DNA of 63,349 nucleotides, counting the filler, from Hausera hauseri (lineage: Eukaryota), in NCBI GenBank assembly GCA_046269625.1. It is 11 parts of 11 records of this genome, joined end to end, with 100 filler letters (N's around TTAATTAATTAA, not from the genome) between each part and the next. Parts side by side here need not be neighbours in the genome. Positions count along the whole stretch, not along the records: positions 36,390 to 42,621 come from JBJURY010122207.1; positions 42,722 to 46,696 come from JBJURY010845747.1; positions 46,797 to 52,183 come from JBJURY010265064.1; positions 52,284 to 56,573 come from JBJURY010654107.1; 7 more parts are not named here. One strand, 5' to 3'. Under the pieces are notes generated by a model, which saw only the letters and a list, made by a program, of their open reading frames with translations, did no database searches and had not been told where the DNA came from. Positions 40,978-52,499 of this stretch are shown here, in pieces; position 1 is the stretch's first letter; every line of letters starts with the position of its first letter. The position numbers and the translations under genes are program-made.

Positions 40978-42621
40978 TTTAAGATACTGGAGCATGTAAT
41001 CCAACATGTTTTTACAGACGAGCTCTGTCCAAGATTTTTTTGCTCTCTGATATTCAAGTTCTGTAATGCCTGTCCATCGTGGCGGTAATTACTCTGCTGT
41101 CCGGAGTCGCTCATTTGATGCTGCAAAGTCATATGGAAATATTCCTTTGCTGCGTGCAATATGTGTGGAGAACTGCGTTGAGGTTATAGGCACATCCGGC
41201 AAGACATTTACCAACTTCGCCAGTGATTCATTGAGAAACTGCAATGAATGAAGGAAGCATACCTGGAACCGGCTTATGCGTGCTGACAGGAACAGGTACT
41301 TCTCCAATGTTGTTGGGATTATAGACAGTTCCCATTGCGGAAATCCATTTATGGACAATTTCAGTATATGGTGACAATCATAACATCGGAAATTATGAAA
41401 GATCACCGATATAAATTGCCGCACATGTCTTGTTAATTGCATGAATTACATGCTGCTCCCAGGTATCGACCGGTAAAATGGTCGTGATCCGTTACAAGTC
41501 GTTCCTGTGCATCAAACGGTAATAATTTGTGGCACAGATAACATTTCACTGTGACTGCAAACGTCGGGTGTTCATCTTCATTTATCCAAATCAAGGGTTT
41601 TGTGCTGTTATTGCAATACCACGGTACGATTTCCGATTGGACTATTGTTTCCAAATGATGCAGGAAATCACGCACACAGTTCCAGCCGTGAAACATGTAA
41701 TACTGCGGTTGACCTGCAGCTTTTATTGGGACAACCAACATTCTGACGGCAATTGGAATATGCTTTTGATCGTATACGTAATGCCGTGGTAGGATTGCCT
41801 CAATATCAGCATATATTACATATGCTGGACTGTCCGTTTTAGACCCGTCTCTAAATCGCAGCTCCTTTTTGACTGGCATGACGTACATTGTTTCTCCTGA
41901 TGCATTCTGTCTGCACAGCTTCACATGTTTTCCCACGTGGTTTCTGATCTGAAGACATGCAGACATGTAGGACACTATTTACAACGTATTTGTTTTTGGA
42001 CAAACTGACAGTGATGTATGTTCAACAGTCGGTCCAAATTTGTTACGGACACGTAACGAAATTTTTCTGCCTGCTTCAACAATAACAAATTTACTGTGCG
42101 TCTATTCGGGTTCCGACTTCGATAAATTATATCCAAATTTGGATTCTTGCAAATCTCTTCATCTGCCGGTATTTCAACTATTATATTGTACCGGAGCACG
42201 TTGATTGACAGCGTCAAATTGCGCCGTTCAAATATTGAAATGGTTTTTAGTTTCATCGGCATCCAGTTTTCGTTGAATTGCAATTTGGAAAAATCCTGCC
42301 GATACTGACTCGGACGATATGCACCATGTCTGTCCACTTCGTCATATTTTAATACCGTCAGAATACAGTAAATAAAACAGTAATAATCGTCCGTGTTTTT
42401 TACATTCACTACCGCAGAAGAGTGCTTTAAAGCTTCAGGTGTCAGTATGAATGAACGCCCGGACAGGCAAATTATGTCACTCGACTTTGTTATAATAAAA
42501 ACGAAAGTGAAAATTTTTATTATTGGTCAACCTCTGTCCTCTTCGGTGTAGTTGGCGATTTTTTCGTCCAGCTGTTTGCCTAGGACGGCAATGAAATAGT
42601 TGGAATAAAAAAATGCTCAAT
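40978..42621 (-). pseudogene. Polinton/adintovirus-type pPolB, N-terminal half with endonuclease VII-like insert
   Basis: NVKNTDD..CFIYCIL; VIYADIEA; DHDHFTGRYLGAACNSCN; VIFHNFRCYD; KGIFPYD. Confidence 0.9.
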
Positions 42622-42721
42622 NNNNNNNNNNNNNNNNNNNNNNNNNNNNNNNNNNNNNNNNNNNNTTAATTAATTAANNNNNNNNNNNNNNNNNNNNNNN
42701 NNNNNNNNNNNNNNNNNNNNN

Positions 42722-42818
42722 AGGCTATGAAGAATGTCTTTAATGAGTGGTAGTTTATAGGCATCTGTAATAGTTAAATTGTTTAATTGTCGATAGTCGC
42801 CACATGGCCTATAGGTAC
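42722..42818 (-). mobile_element. Continuation of the Gypsy RT interrupted by the 42819-44366 insertion
   Basis: TYRPCGDYRQLNNLTITDAYKLPLIKDILHS joins ..VVKKGG at 44372. Confidence 0.92.
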
Positions 42819-44366
42819 TGTGGTGCCCACACTGACCCACCCAAAAAAATAACAATTATATATGGAATTTTTAATCTTTTTGTTTAAAATTGGTAAAATT
42901 TTAAAAGAAGTATGTTGTAGACATCGTTTGAAATATATATTTTGATTTAAATTATTTTAGAAAATTTTGTTGTTAAATTTGGTCAGAGAAATTAATGGGA
43001 TGTTTCGTTTCTTTTGATTAGTCGGTAGTTTTTAATTTTCGTATGGAATTTTATTCTCATCACTGACATTAAAATGACAGAATTCTACACTGGTATCAGA
43101 AGTGAGATACCAGAAACCGTTGTTTTTGGACTCACATTACTTTCTATGTGTGCCTTTCTTCTTGGACCATGTCAACAGTGCACTTACATGGATCATCATT
43201 CATTCTGGATGGTCGGCCAGCCTTTACATGAATTCCATGGAGAAGGCTTTATCGCTTTTCTCTCTCCTTCCGGTCAAATTCCTACAAACGTTGAATGGGA
43301 CTTCAGAAATCTTCAACACAGATAACCCGTACATAGAAGCCCAAAAATTTCTGTTAAAAATAACAGATCCAATGATCAACCCGCAAAATCTGTCATCGCT
43401 GTAACTTCGTCGTCTGAATATTGCCGGTGCGCAAAAGATATCCACTGTCAGTCGACCAACATGGACAATTTCGTTTGTTAAAGAAAATACACCCAGTGAG
43501 GAGTACGAATTAAAACACCTATTCACAGATACACCTGATCGTTCACGACAGTCTGTCAACGACAATACACCTCCCATTCAGAACGAAACATCGCAGTCAC
43601 AAGACAATTTACTAATGCGCCACTTTTCCAATGCATCGTCATTATCGCTTGATTTAAAACCCTTTATTTATGAGGAAATGCAGGTTGTCGACGGCCGTAC
43701 CATTACAGTATATTATGACGATTATCAGAACAATTCTGGTAGTACTTTTACACCAGCTTTTTTGAAGTCCAACAAAAATTCTCATTCCTTTCCGACTACC
43801 GTTTATTTCGAGTCGAACTCACCAAACAAGCAGAAAAACTACGAGTTCAAATATTGCAAAGCAGAATTCGAAAATAGTCCCAACGATATTGCGTTACCAA
43901 AGGTCAAACCCACAAAACTTCTGCTTGAAGGTTTTTCCAGTCTCACTGTGGTCAATGCAGAACGGAACATACTAGGCGATGAAACACAACCAGAGATGAA
44001 TCTGTCGACTTGATGGTTACCGGATGACCCACGCTGGGTCCCTCCCGGTAAAGCTGAATTTGCCAGGGGGAGTGATGTGGTACCCACATTGACCCACCCA
44101 AAAAAATAACAATTATATATGTACTTTTTAATGTTTTTGTTTAAAATTGGTAAAATTTTAAAACAAGTATGTTGTAGACATTTTACTCAACGTTTCTTTA
44201 TCAATTGAAATATATATTTTGATTTGGACTGTTTTAGACAATTTTGTTGTTAAATTTGGTCAGAGAAATTAATGGGCTGTTTCGTTTCTTTTGATTAGTC
44301 GGCCGTTTTTAATTTTCGTATGGAAATTTATTCTCATCACTGAAATTAAAATGACAGAATTCTACA
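42819..44366 (+). mobile_element. Complete small non-autonomous LTR retrotransposon (TRIM/TR-GAG-like)
   Basis: LTRs 42819-43089 and 44076-44366, both TG...CA; PBS TGGTATCAGAAGTG at 43091; polypurine tract AGGGGGAGTGA at 44065-44075; TSD GGTAC/AGTAC. Confidence 0.93.
43091..43108 (+). promoter_or_regulatory. Primer-binding site, tRNA-Leu-like
   Basis: TGGTATCAGAAGTGAGAT, 1 nt after the LTR end; resembles TGGTGTCAGAAGTGGGAT. Confidence 0.8.
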
Positions 44367-46300
44367 AGTACCACCTTTCTTTACCACTACATGAAGAGGA
44401 GAAGCCCACGGCGAATTCGATCTCCGAATAATGCCAGACCTTTCCAGTTCATTAATTCCTGTTCCACAGCTTTACGTCTGCGTGGCGACAAAGGTCTGAC
44501 CTTTTGTTTGATCGGCCTCTGATGCTCTGTTACTATGTGATTATAAGTTGTGGATGGCGGCTTGAAGTTGACGTCCCTTTTAACTGTGCAAAAGCATGAC
44601 GTTGTGACGTATGATTTAAGATTGGAATCTGGAGACAAGAGTAAATGAGACATATCATTAGAGAGAACAGCTCCAGTGATTGACGAAAAGCAACTGGTAT
44701 CGCTACTATCGAAGCCTAATTGGGATTTTTGTTTCAGAGTGGATTTATGATTGTCGTTCATAATTGAAATATTACCGGCTTTATCGGAAATTTTTTTATA
44801 GATGACGAAGCGTTCAATATGTTCATAGATGAATGCAACAAATTGCTCGCTAAGTTGTCTACGAGACACATGTTTGGAGTTTTAATTGATTTCCTGCTTA
44901 AAAGACAGTTGTATTTACAATCGATCAATAGATCATATGCAGCAAGAAAATCTGAGCCTATTATGGAAAATTTAATGTTGGCCACGTGGAACTTCCAGAC
45001 AAACTTATCTGGCAAGTTGGTGAATGTGAAAGTCAATTCCGTGGTTCCTGCAACGTGCAACGGTTGACCACTAGCAGTGAAAAGCGGTGGACAGAAAATC
45101 ATAGTCGATGTAGGAACGAAGGACAAAAGAAGGAGCGAAAAGGCAGCTCCTAAGTCTACAAGGAAGTTGATATGTGAAGTATCTCTGCATAACAGTACAA
45201 ATTTTAACAGAAAGAATACAGAGGCGGTGCTGAAACGGCCAGAAGATTGAGCGATATTGCCTGCGCCAGAATGTGCCGTAAAATCTGGCGGAATTATTAG
45301 TTTTTTGAAGGTTTTGGAGAAAAGGAAAAAGAGGAAAAAACGAGGAGATTTATCATTGTAATGTCTACAACCAGGCACGCATGATCTAGCCTGTGACTGG
45401 AACTTATTGTAGTAGACACAAATAGGGTTGTCCACAGCGTACCGTTCGACAACCCGAAAGGCATTTCCTAGCATCCCTTCGAAATCGCGTGTGGTAGAAG
45501 CCACTCATGCGTCCGCCAGGTGAAATGAATCAAGCAGTGTCTGGAAACGCTTCTCTGCCTTAAAGGTCTGGTTTCACTTCGTCAAGGCCCATTAAGATTA
45601 TTTAGTCAGGTAGTAATGGGCGAAATTGACTGCTGTAACTTGTCAAACTGTTGCTGCATCATTTGCAATTGTTGAGTAAAAAATGTTGTGTCTGTAGTTG
45701 TAGCATATGTGATTGTAGCCGCAATAGGGAGAGAACTGTTGGTATGAAGAATCTCAAAGGATTTATCAGCCATTATTGCCAGGTTTTTGATAGCAGTGAA
45801 CTTGTAGACAACGGTGAGCAAGGCTCTGATTGAGGTGAGCAAAAATGATAAGAAATAACGGCGAATTAAATCCGCGTTATTCGTAGGTGTCACCCCCAAA
45901 GTGCTAATCTTCAGAATGGCCGTTTAAAAAATCGGATGGCTTTTGGCTTCCTATTACGTGGTCGTTAAAATACTTTTGTATTATATTGTCAATCGAAGGA
46001 TCCGTGACATGCAGCACAGCTTCACAGAGTGTTTCGTAGGGTGTCGAGAATTGTAGAAGTTCGGAGATATTATTAATCTGCTGCTTGACTTTGGCAGCAG
46101 AAGAATTAAGAGGCTATTGGCTAGCACAAAAGAATCAGTGATGTTGTTCGATTTTAGCCACTGTTGGTGGAATTGGAGCCATGGTTTGCTGAAATTGTTC
46201 TTGTCGTGGAAAAATTTCACACAAAGTAAATTTAATGACCCTCGTGATTGTTGGGAATGTGGCAAACAATAGACGTTGCCTGTATTTGTGGATTTATCAT
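44367..46300 (-). mobile_element. Ty3/Gypsy gag-protease-start of RT, degraded
   Basis: Gag N-terminus (KPWLQFHQQWL..ITDS), knuckle CVYYNKF..ARSC; gag ends PSKN* over AAAAAAC (45306-45300); FLVDLGAAFSLL..IIGSDFL; RPLSPRRRKAVE..SPWASPLHVV. Confidence 0.92.
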
Positions 46301-46796
46301 CCGAGAAAGATAGGTTTGAGTCCGATCTACCCCGAAGGCAAAAATGGAGCATGAGATAGATGACTGGACGTTCATGGCAGACAAAAGATAGGAGTGAGTC
46401 GATAGGATATACAGTGATGCCTCGGTATGTGAAATAAAAGTTGGAAATGTTCATTAAGGAGGATAACAAGGTGCATAGGAGCTGCGCCGTGGCGTGGTTT
46501 TAATGTGTTGATTATTGCTAAAGACTAGGAAGGAGAGTAGCAGCGAAATGATCCCAAGGGAACGGTGAAATGCATAGGGAGCTTGGGCGGTTTCCTTTTG
46601 TGTTAACAAGGGGTACGGGCGTGCAGCTGGGGTAGCAGTGGCTAGTGATGATTGGGATAAAGGTGTATCCAAAGACATTAAGCTTAAAAAACCTTTNNNN
46701 NNNNNNNNNNNNNNNNNNNNNNNNNNNNNNNNNNNNNNNNTTAATTAATTAANNNNNNNNNNNNNNNNNNNNNNNNNNNNNNNNNNNNNNNNNNNN

Positions 46797-47995
46797 GCCA
46801 TATTACTTTCAATTTTAACATCAGAGCCCGGTGTTTTAATTAACACGGCATCGGGGTGTTTTAAAATCTCGGCAATTTGTGCGGCATCCATCCCTGGAAA
46901 AGCGTTAATATCCACTTCAGCTCTAAAAGAAGATAGATTATTAATCAGTTTTGCTCTTCGATAATTGGATTCGCGTTGTAAATCCTTCATCACTGAAATC
47001 CAGCCATCGGGGACACCGTCTTCAAAACGACGCGTCCAAATGGAAGGGATATAAGTAAAATCTGGCATGTTGGGCAGATTTGGTTTTAAAGGCTCATGTT
47101 CTAATAACAAATTAGCGGTAAAAAGCGTTCTCATAATTTGAGTAGATTCTTTTTCTTGCAATGCTTTCTTATCCACCGCCATTTCTTCCGCTTCTTGTTC
47201 GTCAAAAGTCTCAAAATAATGCCCTTGCTCATCAAAGCTAAAATAGGCTTTCTTTTTAGTCTTATATTGTACTTCTACAATCAATACCCGACTGCCGTAA
47301 CCACCGGTGCCGGTTGCATAGATATCGACATAAGCGCGAAGTCTTGCCGACAGTTCACCAGAGATATTGCCAGCAGCGGCATAAGTAAAGGTTGGAGAAA
47401 ACATGCTATCAAAGTAGGCGGTCTGTTTTGGCCATAGTTCTTTAGCCTTATCTAAAGGTAACCAACGTAAACGAATGACATAATCCATCTGGGTAAATTC
47501 AGGGGACAAATCATCCGGATCAAAAATAACATTAAACGGATTAACATACTCATAGAGAATTTTAGTATCGTCTTTATAGATGTTGCTCCAGCCAATTCCG
47601 GTAATTAAAGTATCTCTAAATTTAAGGGAAGCCCAATGGGGAATATCCTGGTTTTCTTGTTCATAATAAATACGATGGGTTAATGCTTTGGCCAAACGGT
47701 CTTCTTCTTCCTTACCAGAATGGCTTCTAAACGCCACTCTAAAACGAGTTTGTATTTCTACTCCAGACATGTAATTGACTAGGTTCTTAATTTTATTGAC
47801 CACCACCGGCTTTTGGTCTCGGTCCAACAGTTTGCGTATGGCATCCAACGGCCATTGCCGTGTGCCATCATAAAAGCCATAATCTTCAAACGCCTTTTGT
47901 CGCCACCTAAATACCGAAGGATGTGAGTCAGCATAACGAAAATAGCCTCTTGCTTTTTCTAAGGCTTTTTGTTGCGCTTCGCTTAACGCCGACAA
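46797..47995 (-). CDS. Phage portal protein, P22-like, 3'-truncated at the linker
   Basis: WRQKAFEDYGFYDGTRQW..PVVVNKIKNLVNYMSG; FRDTLITGIGW; VIFDP; MKDLQRESNYRRAK. Confidence 0.85.
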
Positions 47996-47996
47996 T

Positions 47997-48200
47997 TTAA
48001 GCCGCCTCGTTTACCGTGGGAATAAGCGCTTGCCAAACTTGCACTGCGGCAATTAAATCAGCAGAGACTTTTTGCAACGTCATACACAGTTCATGATTGG
48101 CTTGGCCATTAAATACTTGAATGCCCATTTGATGGGCATATTGGGCATCAATCATCATATCCGATAGTTTCTTTAATGCTTCTCGATTGGGTAGGTTCAT
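47997..48200 (-). CDS. Small phage hypothetical protein (67 aa)
   Basis: GAGG ribosome-binding site upstream; tightly packed between the tail-fibre and portal genes. Confidence 0.7.
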   Translation of the reverse strand: MNLPNREALKKLSDMMIDAQYAHQMGIQVFNGQANHELCMTLQKVSADLIAAVQVWQALIPTVNEAA

Positions 48201-48251
48201 ATAATTTCCTCAATTATTATCAAATTATAAGTAAATTCTAGCATAAAATAC

Positions 48252-49541
48252 TTAATTAACCAAACGTTTTTCCAAACTTAAAATTTTAGTATTCAACTCT
48301 TTAACGGCATTAATTAACATATATAAAATCGCACTAGAATCATATACCCGTAAATCTTCGAACTGTTTATTTTTGAATTGTGTAATGCACTCAGGAATAA
48401 TTGCTTCAATTTCTTGTGCAATTAACCCCACTCGTTCTATTGATAATTCTGTTGCGGCATACCCCGATAATTCATTGTATTGGTATTTTTTAGGGATCAG
48501 TTGCAATATTTCCTTTAAGCCGCTGGTGTAATCACCGAGCACCTCTTTAATGCGTGCATCCGAATAAGTCGCCCAGGATCCACCACCCACTTTAGAAGCA
48601 TTACCATTCACCGATAATATTTGGTCTGGCACAAAAGCAGGCCCCATGCCAATATTGCCATTGGCTTCAATCTTCATACGCTGAGTACCGTTAGTGCCAA
48701 ACTTAAGGGTGTTATTACCATACGCCCAAGCATAAGCTTCGCTGGTGCTATTATTAAAGCCAAATTCAGCACTTAAAACCCCATTTTTTAATAAAGCTAT
48801 GCCATTGGCATAAGCAGCGGGATTGGTGTTGTTAATATTAATCTCAAAATCGACTAAGGCAGTCGTAATATTTAGGGTACCATCGGCCATAATCTTCATT
48901 CGTTCCGTGGCATTGGTGCCAAATTTAAGCGTTCCGGTGCCATACGCCCACACATAGGCTTCATTGGTACTATTATTAAAGCCAAAGGCAGCACTGGTAT
49001 TACCATTATTATAGGTTACTAATCCGGTAGCAGTGGATGCCGGATTGGTATTATTAATCGCCAATTCATATACCGCGACGTTGGTGGTAAAATTGCTGCT
49101 CCAAGTGCCATCGCCCCTTAGAAAAACCCCAGCATTATTGGGATAACCGGCAATTTGAGCCGGTGGTAATATCAATGCATCGACATATTGTTTGTTAGCC
49201 GCATTGGCGGGATTGGTAGGTGTGGGGACTAAAACGGGTATGGAAAACGTGCAAGTATTATCTTCATTTAAACTGAATAAATTGATGCCCGTTGTTTGTG
49301 CATTCACAAAACTTTGTAGTGTCAAAGAGCCTATCGTCGATGTTGCACTGCTTTTATGGATCCACCGATAGCCTGACAAAGCATTATTTCTCGTCTCAAA
49401 ATTATTTTGTACCGGAATATTAGCCGTTGGTACAAAAATATTATCAAACTGTATAGAGCCAATATTTTGATTAAAGACAAATTGTTGAGTCGCGCCCAAA
49501 ACTTGTAATTCAGGATCAATGGCTTTAATAAATAATGGCAT
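48252..49541 (-). CDS. Tail fibre with C-terminal intramolecular chaperone (peptidase S74) domain
   Basis: Duplicated GFNNSTxEAYxWAYG..LKFGTN..RMKI; C-terminal YSDARIKE..GLKEILQLIPKKY..GLIAQEIE..LINAVKEL. Confidence 0.88.
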   Translation of the reverse strand: MPLFIKAIDPELQVLGATQQFVFNQNIGSIQFDNIFVPTANIPVQNNFETRNNALSGYRWIHKSSATSTIGSLTLQSFVNAQTTGINLFSLNEDNTCTFSIPVLVPTPTNPANAANKQYVDALILPPAQIAGYPNNAGVFLRGDGTWSSNFTTNVAVYELAINNTNPASTATGLVTYNNGNTSAAFGFNNSTNEAYVWAYGTGTLKFGTNATERMKIMADGTLNITTALVDFEININNTNPAAYANGIALLKNGVLSAEFGFNNSTSEAYAWAYGNNTLKFGTNGTQRMKIEANGNIGMGPAFVPDQILSVNGNASKVGGGSWATYSDARIKEVLGDYTSGLKEILQLIPKKYQYNELSGYAATELSIERVGLIAQEIEAIIPECITQFKNKQFEDLRVYDSSAILYMLINAVKELNTKILSLEKRLVN

Positions 49542-49542
49542 G

Positions 49543-51162
49543 TTAGATCACCTCGTCATTTAATAGTCTAAATAAGAACTCAAAATTAACCGCGTTTTGT
49601 TGACTTGCTACATCTAATTCGGCTGGCATGTCTGCCACATCACGAATAGAAAAATTATCTATGAAAACATCCCCACCGGCTGGAATAGTACTTAACAAGC
49701 ACAAAGGCCCGCGGCTGGTTTGTATTATACTATTCACTGGCGGACCGCCTACTATAAAACCTGCCAAGGTTAAATTACCAACGCCACCCGAAACAGCCGC
49801 ATCGACATAACTTTTATTAGCGGCCTCCGAGGGATTGCTAGGCGTTGCAAGGTTAATTACTTTATGGTTATTTAAATCTAAATCAGCATTAGGTTTAGCA
49901 AACTGATCTAATCTAAATGCAATTACTGAAGAAACAAAATCACTGATTTGTGCTGTCACCCAAGTTTTCGTATCAACATAATTTTTATTAGTGACATCAC
50001 TCGCTTGAGTCGGCGCTGCTAAATTGATTATTTTTTGGTTGTTCAGATCAATACTGGCGGTCGGTTTAGCAAATTGATCGAGTCTAAAAGCCGTCACTGC
50101 ACTGGTAAAATCAGTAATATTGGCAACTATCCAAGTATGCGTGTCGACATAATTTTTAGTCGCGGCATCATTTAAATTAACAGGTAGCGCTAAATTGCTG
50201 ATTAATTGCGTATTTAAATCTAAAGTCGCTGTAGGTTTGGCAAATTGATCTAATCTAAAAGCAACGACTGCGGTATTAAAATTGGTAATTTGTAATGTAG
50301 TCCAGGTTTTAGTGTCGACATAGTTCTTGGTAGCCGCATAGTTCGGTTGTGTAGGATCTTTTAGGTTAGTGATAAAGAAATTACCCACATTGATATCACC
50401 CGCGTTATTAATTTGATTCAGGGTTTTAGTAAACGTGGTGATAACGGGTGAACTTAAAGGGCCTGTGCCGGTGATATCGCCTTGTAACGTGATATTGGCA
50501 GCGGGAATATTGCCAATCGCCGTATCCACATAACCTTTAGTGGCTCCATCCGTAGTCAGTGTGGGTAGTGCAACATTAATGAGCTTGTGGTTGTTCAGTG
50601 AAACATCCCCAGTACAAGGTAAGGCATTTAAGCCCGTCGCTAAAAGTGTATTTAAATACGTCTGCGCTTGCGTAGCGCTATTGGCGGCATTGGTGGCTGA
50701 GCCAGCGGCATTCGATGCAGAATGTGAGGCGCTACTGGCAGAGTCAGACGCATCAGATGCAGAGCTAGAAGCACTGCTCGCAGAAGATGAGGCACTGCCT
50801 GCTGAAATTCCTGCTGCAAGTGCTGAGCCGGCTGCTGCCACTGCCGATACACCCGCGGCACCGGCTGAAGCACTGGCCTCGCCTGCAGCAGCGGTGGCTT
50901 CTCCAGCTGCACCCGTTGCTTCGGTGGCTGATGCGGAGGCTTCCGTGGCAGATGCTGATGCTTCTTGCGCAGAGGTTGCAGCTTGCTCCGCCGATTGCTG
51001 GCACTGGGTCTTAATTTCTTCTAATTGTTGTGCGGTGGCATAGTCGGTCCCTTGAATCGCAATCGCAAATGCCCCTCCTGCCACAATCTTTGCCATGCCC
51101 GTTCCCAGTTCACTTAAGACTTGAGCGTTGGTTAAGGTAGCGTTTGGTGTTTTAATAATGTA
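49543..51162 (-). CDS. Tail-fibre-like repeat protein, 5'-truncated at a junction
   Basis: Ala/Ser-rich coiled stretch; repeated DAATKNYVD motifs and three ~59-aa AFRLDQFAKP repeats; the frame stays open upstream of ATG 51096 to ~51162. Confidence 0.8.
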   Translation of the reverse strand, partial: YIIKTPNATLTNAQVLSELGTGMAKIVAGGAFAIAIQGTDYATAQQLEEIKTQCQQSAEQAATSAQEASASATEASASATEATGAAGEATAAAGEASASAGAAGVSAVAAAGSALAAGISAGSASSSASSASSSASDASDSASSASHSASNAAGSATNAANSATQAQTYLNTLLATGLNALPCTGDVSLNNHKLINVALPTLTTDGATKGYVDTAIGNIPAANITLQGDITGTGPLSSPVITTFTKTLNQINNAGDINVGNFFITNLKDPTQPNYAATKNYVDTKTWTTLQITNFNTAVVAFRLDQFAKPTATLDLNTQLISNLALPVNLNDAATKNYVDTHTWIVANITDFTSAVTAFRLDQFAKPTASIDLNNQKIINLAAPTQASDVTNKNYVDTKTWVTAQISDFVSSVIAFRLDQFAKPNADLDLNNHKVINLATPSNPSEAANKSYVDAAVSGGVGNLTLAGFIVGGPPVNSIIQTSRGPLCLLSTIPAGGDVFIDNFSIRDVADMPAELDVASQQNAVNFEFLFRLLNDEVI

Positions 51163-51329
51163 AACTCATTTGGTAAAAGGATGGTTACATTTGGAGGTTT
51201 TGACCATTTTAATGCATCTAGCTTCCCTTTGGCCCCTTTAAAATCCAGACACTTCATTTTGCTCTTATACTAAGTGTAAGTTTCCACCGTAGCCCATCCT
51301 GCAGAAATCATGGCCATGACTATTTTTTT

Positions 51330-51880
51330 TTGGAACACTTTAAGCTGATTAAAGAACATTTCAAAGCTGCAAGCTATTTTATCTCAGACAGAATTAGAAA
51401 TGATTGTCCATGCTTTTATTTCCTCTTGGTTGGACTATTGTAACGACCTTTTAGTAGGGATAAGTAAATCATCCATGGCTTCCCTTCAATCTGTGCAAAA
51501 CGCTGCAGCCAGGCTTTTGACTAGAACCCACAGAACAGCCCATATAACTCCTGTTCTGGCCTCGCTCCACTGGCTTCCGATATATTATAGGGCTCACTTT
51601 AAAATTTTGGTTTTAACTTTTAAAGCACTCCATGGTGAGACTCCCAAATACATTTTGGACCTTTTGAAGCCACTCTGTCATTTTAGAACCCCAAGGTCTT
51701 CCAATCAGCTATTGCTGTCAGTTCCTAGAACTCATTTTAAAACTCGTGGTGATAGAGCATTTCAAGTGGTGGCCCCAAGGCTCTGGAACGCTCTCCCTCT
51801 ATCTATGCACGGCTCTGAGTCAACTGTTGCATTTTTAAAAAAGTCTTAAGACTTATCTCTTTAGACAGGCTTTTGGTTAA
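51330..51880 (+). mobile_element. L2-clade LINE 3' fragment, teleost-like
   Basis: VHAFISSWLDYCN..QNAAARLLT..HITPVLASLHWLP..GDRAFQVVAPRLWNALP. Confidence 0.92.
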
Positions 51881-52499
51881 TTGTGTTTATTGATTTTAGA
51901 GTTTAGATTTTATCATGTGTTACCTTTTTGTACAGCAATCTGTGAGTTTTATGATTTTATTACATGTATCCCTTTCTGTAAAGCACTTTGTGATTCCTAT
52001 GTCTGTGAAAGGTACTATATAAATAAAGTTTTTTATTATTATTATTATTATAAATAAAGGTTGACAGAATCTTGGTTGTATTTTGAAGAACTCACAATGA
52101 TGTGCCGTAGAGGTTGTCCTCATGGTTACCAAGAGGGTCCTAGCTGAAGCTGTGATCAGGAGGGGTTTCTAAGGACCCAAGACNNNNNNNNNNNNNNNNN
52201 NNNNNNNNNNNNNNNNNNNNNNNNNNNTTAATTAATTAANNNNNNNNNNNNNNNNNNNNNNNNNNNNNNNNNNNNNNNNNNNNATTACATTATATACATT
52301 TTATTTACCCCCTATACCTCTTCCGTTGGGGTTTGACCGGATTTCCCAACCAGTCAATCCGGTTCCAACACTCTCAACAAGCAGGAAACGTCAAGCATCC
52401 ACAAGTCTTGACGAATACATCTCAAACAATACCGAACAGCAGCAGATGCAACAACAGGAACCTTCCACTACTGTCAAGTAAGATCTAAAAAAATCGTAC

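Noticed and set aside
50540-51043. Ala-rich plus-strand ORF
   Set aside because: Antisense shadow of the Ala/Ser-rich tail-fibre segment
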